Assembly: GCA_046563655.1 (NCBI GenBank) | Contig: CM102288.1 | Coordinates: forward strand, 4,588,001 to 4,652,000 | Reading direction: 5' to 3' | DNA: 64,000 nucleotides | Source: Yuukianura sp. NJ FZ-2021 | Lineage: Eukaryota | In this document: positions 26,891-42,900 of the stretch, piece by piece | Layout of the letters: each line of letters starts with the position of its first letter | How positions within the stretch are numbered: the first letter of the stretch is position 1 | Notes under the pieces: generated by a model | Databases searched by the model: none | What the model was told of the DNA's origin: nothing | What the model saw: only the letters and a program-made list of their open reading frames with translations | Position numbers and translations under genes: made by a program

Positions 26891-27600
26891 CTAGCCTTTC
26901 CTTGATTGATCGAGAGATCGCGACGAATGACTGTGCGAAAGACAATTTGTCCACCACACGGAACGGAGAGCAGTGAAGTCGACCACGCTGCTTCCAAAAG
27001 TCGGCTGTCAAAATGTCCTTTTGGGGTGCGGAAAATTCTGCTGCTCTATAGTGCGCCCCAATCAGTTGAGCTAAGGATTAACGATAATCATTGTGATTGT
27101 AGTGTCACGGTGTAGCCACTTCGGCCCATCTTGTGTGGTTACAACATGCAGCGGTAAAGTGGCTACACTTGGAGGCTTCAATTATAATCGTGAACCTTTC
27201 CCCAACCAAGTAACATTTGTATTTACAGCCCGCAGCGTAAAAGAATTTGCAATTTTACTGAAATAAAGGCGCCCCAATTTCTCATACCTCTGATTTGGAA
27301 GATTTTTTGCAGTCATGTGCACCAGAGGCGGAAAACCAAATTCAAAACCGCTACGAAACTGTGTTTTTATTTTGAGTTTTTTTGGGCAAGTTAAATAAAT
27401 CAACAATCAAGCTGACTGAAGTTGAATTTAGTACATTTAAGTTGATTAATTTAGTTTTGTTGTCAATTCTCAGTTCTACATATCAGGTAAGACCGGTCTA
27501 GGTTGATTGTTTCCGAAATTATTCGAATTCATAAAGATTTGTGCTTTCAGATTCAAAAGACGAAAATCAGATTGATTTGGATTGACCTTTACCAACAAAG

Positions 27601-31546
<3,946 letters not shown>

Positions 31547-32264
31547 AAAAGGAAGGGGAGAGCCAGAAGAGTCCACAAATCCATTTAGAACTTACGGTTG
31601 AGGTACACTTAAATTGCATCAGTTGTAACCACGAAGTGAAACCACCGACATCACTTACTTGTATCCACCGACATACTTACTTGTATTTTTGGGGTAAAAA
31701 ATAGCACTGTTATATTGTAACGTAGCTAGTGTATCCACATTCCACACAATGGTTGCACTAGCCGGTGCGGTGGAACTGCCGTTACACATGTGGGCACAGT
31801 TTTGCGTTTGAACAAAAAAATAGTGGTTGCATTGCAGTGTAACCACCTAGGGTATCTACGGAGTGGTTAGAAACATGGCGGTAGCGGTGGTAAACTGAGT
31901 GGTTACAACTGATGTATTGTGCGTTTACCTCAGCCGAACGCCCTTACTGTATAAGCTGCGTGTGGTTGAAGGAACAATGATAGTTTGGGAGATGCCTGGC
32001 AGATTACCATCACAATCCCATTAGGAAACGAAGGCATCTGAGGCTTGGGCGAGCCTTTGTGGTCTCTAGGTCTAGAAAAAATATGGAGAGAAGGGAGTAC
32101 TTTGTGTTTACATTTTTTAAGAGCCTTTCTGAGTGGGCGTACTTTGATTATCATTTATTAACATATTCCCTTCTTCTTCCTGGAGTAAATTTAGACAGTT
32201 TTGAAATTCTAAATCCATATTTTAAAAGTGCCATTTTTGAAACACCAGAGATGAATTTTTTAAA

Positions 32265-34710
32265 TTATCCAAGTCGATCTTCGTATTCTTCAACTGAATC
32301 TTTTTTAGTCTCAGTCTCAGTCGGTAGCGTAGTAGTTTCATAGGACTCGGAATTTCGCGGGGTTGGTTTTGCAAAATTTGTGGATTCTGTAGTAGATTCT
32401 GTGGATTCTGTAGTAGATTCTGTGGATTTTGTAGTAGATTCTGTGGATTCTGTGGTAGATTCTGGGAATTTTGTTGTAGATTCTGTGGATTCTGTAGTAG
32501 ATTCTGGGAATTCTGTAGTAGATTCTGGGAATTTTGTTGTAGATTCTGTGGATTTTGTAGTAGATTCTGTGGATTCTGTAGTAGATTCTGGGAATTTTGT
32601 TGTAGATTCTGGGAATTTTGTTGTAGATTCTGTGGATTCTGTAGTAGATTCTGGGAATTCTGTAGTAGATTCTGGGAATTTTGTTGTAGATTCTGTGGAT
32701 TTTGTAGTAGATTCTGTGGATTCTGTAGTAGATTCTGTGGATTTTGTAGTAGATTCTGTGGATTCTGTGGTAGATTCTGGGAATTTTGTTGTAGATTCTG
32801 TGGATTCTGTAGTAGATTCTGGGAATTCTGTAGTAGATTCTGGGAATTTTGTTGTAGATTCTGTGGATTTTGTAGTAGATTCTGTGGATTCTGTAGTAGA
32901 TTCTGGGAATTTTGTTGTAGATTCTGTGGATTCTGTAGTAGATTCTGGGAATTCTGTAGATTTTTGTGTACTTTTGTCCAGAACTTTTGTGACGTTAGAA
33001 GTTGCTTCCGCTTCAGCAAAACTTGATTTCCGGTTGACCTGAGACAAAACTTTTTCGGTTCCGTTTCTGTCTGTGGTAATTTCACGCTCATTTTCAACTT
33101 TACTTCCAGAATTGGCACTTGTAGAACCGTTCATTGACGTGACCATTGGCACTTCTCCGGCATTAGTCGTATTTGAACTTTCAGTTTGAGCAGAAGAGTG
33201 TGAAGTACTGCCGGTACTGTTATTGGTAGACTTGGTGTCGTTTTTGTCCATTTCAGAACTGGGTGCAGATTCTCGGTGGAATTCGGAAGTATTTGAAGAT
33301 GCTGCGGCGGTTTGTCGCTCGTGAACTTGTTGCGTCATGTTACTGATTTTTCCTTTGTCAAATTCCGTGACATTGGCAGAGTCAAGGTTGGTTTGTTTTT
33401 GAGCGGCAGAGACAGAGTGGATTTGAGTCGCTTGATTGGTTTTTACGACCCCACCGGATGTTTCGGATTTGTTTGTAGCCGAAGAGACTTGGTCCAGTGT
33501 CGAGTCGTTCCGAACTGACGAATCGGTTGAAGTAAGGTTGGAAATGAGTGTAACCATTTCCGTGTAACTGGAAGTTGAGGAAGCATCTTGCCATGCAGAG
33601 CTGTTCAAATTAAAAGTTTTGTTTAAAGACCAGCTTTTCAAAACAGAAGTCGTAGGTGCTGCATCGCCTTCGGAGCCATCCGTACCGTTTTCGGAGAAAT
33701 TCGGATGGATATCGCTATTACGATTCTCGTAAAACAATTGAAACAGGTCGAAAGCTTTGTCAACATCGGATTTTTGAGTGGAAGCGTTTTCGGTTCCTGT
33801 TACGTTATCAGATTTTGAAAATTTTTGAGTTTTTGTGTTTTCAATTTCTTTACTTGAATCTGATACAGAATTTACTGTGCTTCCTGTTTCAGAATCTTTG
33901 AATTTTTCTGTAGTTGCTTCCACTTGTTGACTTTTTTCCAATCCCGAGCCGGATTCCAAATTTTTGTCTTCAGTTTCAGTGAATTCATTAATTTTTTGTA
34001 CTTTCTCTGTTTTGTTATGAGGAGGAGATATCGTAGTAGAAAGGTCATCACTTTCACTTTTCTTGCTTTTCTTTTTATGTGACTTGTGCTTGTGTGTTTC
34101 ACTTCCGTTGACCTTTGTGTGACCTTTGACCTTTGTGCTTGGTTTTTCTTGCCTACTTTTTGTCTCATTGCTATCAGAAGGCTTTATGTTTTCTTCTTTT
34201 GTAGTGTGATCGCATTTGACCTTGCTTGCTTTTTCACATTTTCGTAGCTCCGGGTCGAAAAGTTTTCCTTTGGCGCAAGAATGCATACTGGCAGCATTCA
34301 TACCCGAGAAGAAACATTTGTAGTAACTGGAACAATCGTTTTTCTTCGGAAAATACCCGGGTTCTGGGCATTTGAATTCACCAAACGATGGAACTTGTGG
34401 TAAAAAAAAACAAATTAAAATTGAAAATCTTCAATTCTTTCTAAATTCGAAAAAATTGTGTTGAAAATTTTGTTTGTAACTTTTCACCTCGTGCTAATGT
34501 GTCGAGGTCGACCTCTGACGTTATCCAAGAGAGCCCTTTACTGCTAACCACAACCTAAGTACAAAAAATCCACAAAAGTTAAAATTTCAATTAGTTTAAT
34601 TGTAGTTCTAATTAAGTTTAATTGGAATTTACTTGGTCCGAAATTAACAACAAAACTACGACCACTGCTGAAGAGACTACTGTCAACTGTGGGCTCCAAA
34701 TACTCAACAT
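32265..34710 (-). CDS. Secreted mucin-like protein with one N-terminal chitin-binding peritrophin-A (CBM14) domain, about 757 aa
   Basis: Exons 34710-34633 (hydrophobic signal MLSIWSPQLTVVSSAVVVVLLLIS), 34554-34488 and 34393-32265 join in frame. Six-Cys CPEPGYFPKKNDCSSYYKC...HSCAKGKLFDPELRKC...VKC, then a Ser/Thr/Glu-rich region with many N-x-S/T sequons and tandem repeats. Confidence 0.85.
32378..32962 (-). repeat. Coding minisatellite, 21-bp unit (7 aa, TT[E/K][ST/FP]ES), about 28 copies
   Basis: Visible tandem units such as GTAGTAGATTCTGTGGATTCT and GTTGTAGATTCTGGGAATTTT on the + strand. Confidence 0.97.
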
Positions 34711-37700
34711 GGCACCAATTCCTATTATTTACTGCAGTGAACGTGTCACAGGCCAAAAGAAAATTAAATGCGACCTAACCTAACCTTTGTTAAATTTAAT
34801 TGTGTTTGTCATTGTGTAAGAATTAGGAAACAATAGTCGTATCTTCATTGCAATTTCATTGACTTTCATTAAAATTCAACTCAGCAAAGAGAGTAAAAAT
34901 GAAAGTATTTCATAATTGCAGAACTGTAGTAGTACTGGTTAGATTTAGTCAATAAGTTGTGGAGGATCGATGGCTAGAAATAAATTGTCCTTGTGCTGAA
35001 ACACAAAAAATCATTTTTGTTGCTAGAAATGAACAAAAAGAAAGCAAAAGCTCTCGCTCTCGGTCAATTTTGGAAAGTCTGGAAAAGGTGGAATGGATCG
35101 ATACACAGAAGATTTCAAAAAATAAAAAAAAACTAGTAAGAGAAAAATTACTTTAAAAAAGTTAGCCTAACGCTAGGGTAGCCAAAAAGTTACTGAAAGT
35201 TACTAAAGTTATAAAAAGATTTTAGAATGTTAAAACTTTAAATTCCAAAAGACAATGACGCAATTAGTCAATTGTTCAATTCATTTTTTGGATTGGCTTT
35301 CCAAAGAAAAATAGAAATTGAGCTTAGATTGCAATATTTTCATTTTCCCTGTCATTTTTTGACAACTTTTATTGCAACTGTGTGCATTTTGTTGGACGTG
35401 AACAAACTTTTTTTGCAATTTGAAATGACTTTGAGTTTTAATTGAGTTTAGAATGGAAGTGTCACTCCCCCAGACAATGGCTCCATTTATTCCCGTGTCA
35501 GTAGATGATGGAGGCAGAGAGACCTCATTCTCTGGTCCTTGTTCTGCATTTTCCTTGTGTCTGACCTCAATAAAGCTCCCACTTGGGATGCCAAACCAGA
35601 CACACAGCAGCAGTATAAGTCCAACACAACAGGAAGTTTTTGAAGCCGCTTTTTACTTTAGGCAGGCTAGCATTTTCTGTGTCTGTTCAGAAGCTCACAG
35701 TGTACAAAGATTTCGTTTGAAATTTTCTGTTCGTGAAGAGAGATGCCGCTAGTTGAAAAGTGAAAGTGGGTGAGAAGGCGGGTGGGCAGAACCCCTGTGC
35801 ATAGGAAGAAGCGGGAGGCAGGGGACGACGCCAGCTTTAACGCCCAGATTCTACTACTAACAACGGCATCTGCATCTCCCTCTCAAACATCTTCAGCTCA
35901 CCAGATCATTTAGAGCATGACAAAAATTTAAAAGTACTCGAAATCTGAAAAGTGTATAAAAAAAAAACATTAATTTTCACCCAAACGGAAATTTTTGCGT
36001 CTTGAGACAGGAGAAAGCAGAGAAATTTGGAAACTTCTATGAGTGGCGTCGATATTTTACTCAAAACAAAAATTCTGAAACATAAAAAAAGCTTTTAAAG
36101 AAACGCACAAGTCCAACGCCATGTGAAACAAAATTTGAAGTCAACGGGCATATTTTCATTTAAATTCTTTAGTTGCGTGTTAATCACCTTCGAGTTTTGT
36201 ATAGATTGTACTAAATTTTCAAATTCTAGAGCAGTTACGGTTAGACTTTCAACTTCTAGAATGAATTCTCCTATTCCTATTGATGTGTAGAGTGTGGAAG
36301 TAATATTTTTCTAGATTTATCTTCGCAGTAGAACGTATAGAAAGTACATGCATTTGAAAATCCACTCCCTGAAACGCAAGCTGAGACTCCAGAGAGACCA
36401 ACCAAACCCACTCCCATCCATTCCACTCACAGGCAATTCAGTACACGACACTTTCAATTCGCTTTGAAACCCACCGATTTGCAAAAAAAATCCGGTCAAA
36501 TTCTGCCTCGAAATCCTACTAACTTAAATTTCAACTCAAATTAAACCTTCAAATTAAACGTAAATTTTTAAGGAATTTACTTTAAAAATTCTGAAAAAGT
36601 GCTATATGCTAAGACAAGGATAGTTGTTTTACTTAGCATAACCTTCACGTCGTCTGAAAATTGCTTTCTTTGAGGCCTGTCAATCCCAAGCCAAACAAAA
36701 AGTTTTGTAGTCTCCTGTCACATCCAAACTTTTTAATGAATTGATTTCTTTTATTTCTGTGCCAAAACTCCCGTGCAAGAGTGACCAGTTCCTTGTGAGG
36801 GGAGCGAGAAAGAGCCTCATTAATCTATTCTCAGTGGATGGAAGTTAGGGGAAGCTTTTGAAAGTTTGGGCAGAGGTTCTACGAACTTATTCATCGCAAC
36901 TCTAGCACACAAAAACGAAGCACATAGCACATTTCTCAACACGAAATTACGTCAGACCTTCTTCACTACAAACCCCAGCCACAAACTTCACAAATTTATT
37001 CCTGCCTCGATCCAACCATCCAAACCAAACCAACCAAGCGAACAGCAACCAGAAACTCACTCCAGCTACACAAAAAATACACTTTTCAAAAACAAAAAAA
37101 AATCACGATTTCCCAATTTTGGATTTCAAATTGACATGAAATTTTCAAATGACAAAACAACACTTTCTCTCAAAAGATGTTTCAAGTAAAAACAATCTTT
37201 AAAACTCTGACTTTAAAAGATTACCAAATTTGCCAATTTTTTGAAATGACGTTTTGAAAAAAGCGGAAACCCTTTTTCTAGAAGTTTTTTCGAACTTTTA
37301 CTAAACAAGCAAGATTGAAAACAGAACAAAGAAAGAAATGTTGATGGTTGTGTTGCATTTTGAAAACTGTAGTGTGTTTTTTAGTTGTTTGAGATGCGGG
37401 AGCCTCCTAATTGCCAAGTTTTATGAGGATTGAATTAAAAGTTGAAGTTTGTAAGTTTTTGGAAGGAGAGTTATGATGATTTATGGTACGATTTGGACTT
37501 GAGAGCTTAATAAAAGATGATGGTTTGGAGCTTCAACGCATAACTCTTCCTCAGTCTTCCCTTTAGCTAGTCTCTCTCTGTAAGGAATCAAAAGACGATT
37601 AAAATCAGTCACTTCTGACAACTCTCAAACCAAAAGAATCGGAACTGGCAAAACAACAAAGTTTTGCCAAAAAATGTTGGAAAATGAAAGACATGACCAA

Positions 37701-40700
37701 AATAGCAAGAAAAAAGTTTCAGTTTAGAACAAAATTCTGAATTCTATATGCGACCTACCAGAAAAAGCGACAAATTTACACGACCTGTTAGGTTTGAAAC
37801 TGTTTTAGCTTCGCTTCGGAACATTTTGAAAAGTGAGTTGCGTTTTTTTAAACTCTGAAAACTCCGTACAAGTCTGTGTCCATAAAAGAGTTAAGAAATG
37901 CGTCAACATTTTCCCACAATGGACCAAGAGAGAGAATAAGAATACGTTAGCATACATTAGGAAATGAACAATGCATCTCCTGGCCAGTTTACCTTGACGT
38001 CTTGGACGTGATAAGAGAGATCTTAAGGCCTCCCCAGCCCTTAACCCCTTCTGCCCCCAAAGTCCTCCTAAGCCTCAACTTACTTTAGAATTTTTACTTT
38101 CATCTTGAGGTGACTGACTCTGAGGACTGTGAAATTCAGGAAACAACTGAAATGCAGTTGATAATGGGCAAACCACAAGAAAGAGAGAGACCCTTAAGTG
38201 CCCCCATTACCCCTGTCCCAAGTCTCCTTGACTTTGGTCCATGCATTCTGTGAAGCCAAGACCTGACCACGCCCTCCCCAACAATCACCCACTTCCATTG
38301 TCTTCTGTATCGCAGTCTCCAATCTTAGCTTTTTCCTCATCGAAGAGGCACAGGTTCAACTCCCATCGCCCGCATTCTTTTATTTTCAAATCAAAATCAC
38401 ATTCCGATCTTCTCAAATGGAAAAGTCTTAGGGGAAAATAAGATTCGTAGAAATTGAAAAGCTTTCACTGCATTTGAAATTTTCAATACTTTTAATGTCG
38501 AAAAACTTCGGCAATTGAAAAGATACATTCACAATTTTTTCTAGTTAGTTTTAAAAAAAACTTTGTAGTGCACCTTAATTGTGAATTTTTGAGTTTGGTT
38601 AGTCCTAAAAACGCAGTAAGAATTCGTTTTTAGTGTAAAATCATAAAAGTAGTAAAAATGTATTTTACGACAAAGTTAAAGTGGAGAGTGTGTTTGACTT
38701 TGTGGGTGAGTCGTAATTTGTTAGAGGACTTTTGTTGGCTCAAGGGAAAAGTAAACAGGGAAAGTCATGTTCCCAGTCCTGGGAATCGCCTGATAACAAA
38801 TCCACCAAAAAAAGATCCAATGTCCAGCATGTCTTACTCGGAAAATACCCGGGTCACGGAAAAACCGAACCGAAAGAATCCCGAACTTAGCTTGCGGTTA
38901 CTGTTAGCCGAAATTCGGTTAAATTTCGGAAAAACTCTTCATTTTTGTTAGAAATAGCCACAATTTCATTCTGTTTTTTATGATTTCCTGATTTAGTTTC
39001 TGTTATTTTTTGTTTGAAAACAAAAGTATAAATCACGTCAATTGAATTCAGTAGAAGCACTTTATAGCGTAGTTTCTGAAGTAGAATTTTGGTCGTTTCC
39101 AAATCAGTACAAGGACAACGAGGAGATAAACAACAAGTTGGGAGCTTCCTAAACCTCACATGCAAAAATCTACCAAAAAATCTCATGCTTCAAATTATTT
39201 TCCAAACCTCAAATGCATAAAACGAGTCCAAAAAATGCAATTTTTTCAAAGTGTTAAAAACCATCTGGTGTTTTAGTAACAAAACTAAAAAGTCAAGTCA
39301 AGATGAAAAGAGTTTGAAATTAACTTCCCAGGATTAACAATCGATGGATTGCCCTTTGACCTTTGGTCAACCCCCACTGGCGTCAGCAGTCAACTACTAA
39401 AAAGGAGATTAGTTTTGCCAAAAACGCTTCTGTCAGCTCCATTTGCTCTCTTCATGTTTTCTGTGCCAAAACAGCAGACTTTCCAATTGACTTTTGCAAA
39501 TTTGTTGGCAAATCCTCAACATCAATTCATCTCAAGGTGAAGTGTGGTCTCTGCATAACAACAACCAACTTAAGGACGCTCGCAGAGGCACGAATTTACC
39601 AAATCCACAACATCAACCACAACTTAACACTAGCAATTTCCAAAGTTTCATTTTAATTGACCTCGCAAAAACTGTAAAGTAAAAAAAACTAAATGAAGAT
39701 ATGAAGAACAATTCTAAAAACTTAAACTGAAATAAGAAGAATCGCCTTTTAGCAAATGCTAAGCTAGCATGATCAAAAGATTTCGAAAATTTCACATGAA
39801 TTTGGACAGTTTTCCTTTGTTCTGGTTTTTTGTTGAAAATTTTTGAACAAAGTCAATCACGCTTGCCCTAATGTGAAACCTTAATGAAAATCTGGTTTTG
39901 TGCGAGAAGTAATTTGGAAAAGGAAATTGGAAAATCGCATGTCTGTGTCCATGTTTCCAAAAATTCAACCCTTTTGGACTTCATTTTCGATTTTTTCAAA
40001 ACGAACTGTTTCGGCTTCACTTTTTTTTTCTCTTTTAACGTTCTATGAAGTTACAACCCACAGGGCCCCTTCTGGAGCCCTTGCGTGCTACAGCCAAGGG
40101 CCCCCGAAGAGTAGTAGCTGAGTAAGGGCCCCAGCTGCCCCTGCCTTTTCTAAAAACCATTCTAAAAAGCCGTTTTGAAATGAAGCAAGGGAAGTTCTAG
40201 GGCTATAGTGAAGCTTTATCGTAAGGGAGAGACCTCATGTAAAATTTATTCTGGGAGAAAAGCATTCTCTGTATTTTGGAAAAAGGAAAAGCATTCTTGT
40301 TCAAATGGAAGAGGGAGAGGGGAAAGACGTATTAAAGTGGAAATTGGAACCATATCTCCGATATGCGGAAGAGATATAGCAGGAGGAGAAGCGGGTATTA
40401 GGAAATTCGGGGGACCAAAGGCTCTGTTGCTACCCGCCAAAAAACCCACTTTAGCCGAAACAGAGGCACCAGACGGCACAATTCTCATATCAACTTCTCC
40501 CTCTCCGCATCCTTTTATCTTTTCAAAAGAAAAAGAGAAAATATTAGGAAGAAAAGAAAGAAAAAGAGAAGAAAATTACTTATTAAAGTAGTTCAGTTGC
40601 CTAAAGATTTAAAATTTTGGTTCAAAATTTTTCAAAATTTTGCCTTTTGTAACAGTCACTGACAAGAATTTACTTTAATCAAGCAATATTTCGGGAAGAC

Positions 40701-42404
40701 TCTTCAGATACGTATTTCCATTGAAGAAGTTCCCTAATTTTTTTTCGCTAATTAATTTCGCTAATTAACGAATTTAATTATAAATGGCTTCTGATAATAC
40801 AAGATTTCTGATATAAAGATTTTGCTAATGTACATTTGAAATGGCATTAGTTTAAACATAATTTCAAAATTTCAAATTCAAAATTTTAATTGTTCAGTTT
40901 CAAATCTGAACTCTCCTGGGCAATTTAACCTTCAATTTCAAATTTACGTGCAATTTAACCACCTTTTATCATTCCCGGCCAATTCAATCAGATTAGAATT
41001 TCTGATTTAGTTCGGAAAGCTTTTAAACTTTTTTTATTGTCCCATAATCCGCATAATTTTTGAACACATCTAGAAATGCTGAAAAACCAATTCTGTCATA
41101 TTGCAATGTAATTTAGAATTTGAAATTATAGATTTTTATATTATATGCACTTTCGCTTTTTATCCCCCAAAAATCTCATTTTACGGAGAACTTACGAAAT
41201 GGACTAAAAACTTTTCGTTTTTTCCAAAAAAAGAGAAACAAAAACTTTAAAATTTCTGGATTTGCATTGCAACATCAGTTCATAAATTTTTTGAGGTGTT
41301 CAATATTTCAGAAAATGAAAATGTTTTGAAGTGTAGCATAAAGTGAAAGCGTGAGAAAATCCATTTCTCTTCCGCCAGAGAGAAAGAGACGCGTCGTTTT
41401 GTTGCCAAAGAAAGTGAAAGTGCGTCTGTTTTCTGGAGGCGCCAAATTTCAAATTTCGCTTTCTCTCGCTCTAGGCTTTGCCGCATTCCCAAAAAATTGC
41501 CATTTTTGGCTTAAATCTTTGTTACCGTAATATTTCTTGTAGGATGCTTTACATTGTTGGGATTGTTACGTTGGAGTGTCCATTGTTGTCCAATTGTTGT
41601 GTCCTATGTGTGACACGTGTAAAGCAGTGGTAGTCTGTAAGTTTGCGCAAGAGAGGGGGATTTGTGAGGGGGAGATTCGTGGATGGTCCCCTTCCTTTTG
41701 AGCTCCTGCCAACCACACTCTGCAGTTCAGTTCAAAGTTGAGGTCCAACCGAAGAGGAACTACGTCAACACGAATCTTCACAGGCGAGGGGGATCCACCC
41801 CACCCACAGCACCCGCTGCCCAAAATATTCAACTGATCACTTCAAAAAACACACAGGTAAACTAATTTTTAATTTCATCTCTTCTCTGCCACCCTCAAAA
41901 AAATATTTTCTATCACTCTTTCGAAAATTTCAGTTTTTAGTTTTTGGATGGTGGCTTCTCATTCTTACTCTGAAATCTGAATCGATTTCTGCGCAAATCT
42001 AGCTACAATAGGCTCTGTTGTCTCTCCTAATTTAATTTTCAAAATGAAATTGACCTCTACGGAAAGGTCAAGGTCATCTCTGTTTGAATTCGGCTGGAAA
42101 CGAGCCGAGATGTTGGTTTTGAAGCCGATTTGGAACAAAATTTGGGCCATGGTTAGAATGTGTCCAAATATGGACACTTGGCATGAAATTATGGAAAAAA
42201 CTTAAGAATTTGGAATTTTCGAAATTCAAAAGTAACAGGACTGGAAAACTTGAATATTTTAGAAAACAATGCATCGGAACTCAAATTTATGAAAATTCTC
42301 GTTTTTGAAAATTTTTCGAAAAACGTAAAACAAGAGAGGAGGGAAGGCACGAGTAGAGCATTCGGTGGTCGGTTTTTGGGCCGAGTCTTCGCAGAGGTCA
42401 AAGT

Positions 42405-42900
42405 TAGGTCGATGATTTTAGTACCAATGGATTCAGCATGCGATTTCGAAAAGGATTGATATGTTTTTGGAACTGTCATGTTTCAAAATTTTGAGAATTT
42501 TGGAAAAAATGGAAGACAACTGGAGTCGAGGAGGTTGGTCCTTATTGTCTTTGCAGAACATTTTCATCTTAAATTTTTCAATCTATGGCAGTACAGGTCA
42601 TGATTTCGATATGACTGGATTCAAAATTCAATTTCGAAAAGGATGGATATATTTTCGAAGCTGTAAAATTTAAAAATTTAGAGAATTTTTGAGAAAATGG
42701 ACACCAACTGGAGCTGAGGACGTTAGGCCCTATTGTTCTTCCAGACCATTTTCAACCGAAATTGTCCAAACTACAGCTTCAGATGTCATGATTTTGGTAT
42801 AACTGGATTCGAAATTCAATTTCGAAGACAATGACACTAATTTTGAAAATATCTGTTTTACGATTTTTGAACATTTTATGTTTTTTGAGAGATGAGAACC
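42405..42900. repeat. Diverged tandem repeat, unit about 190 bp, about 2.5 copies
   Basis: GTCATGATTT...ACTGGATTC.AAATTCAATTTCGAA recurs near 42597 and 42785, with a weaker copy near 42407. GAGAATTTT.GA.AAAATGG...CAACTGGAG recurs near 42493 and 42681. Confidence 0.75.

Noticed and set aside
32222..33118. (QNPQNLL)n and antisense (VDSVDSV)n ORFs; also a CRISPR-like appearance
   Set aside because: Alternative frames of a stop-poor 21-bp coding minisatellite; there are no unique spacers, no cas genes, and the context is eukaryotic.
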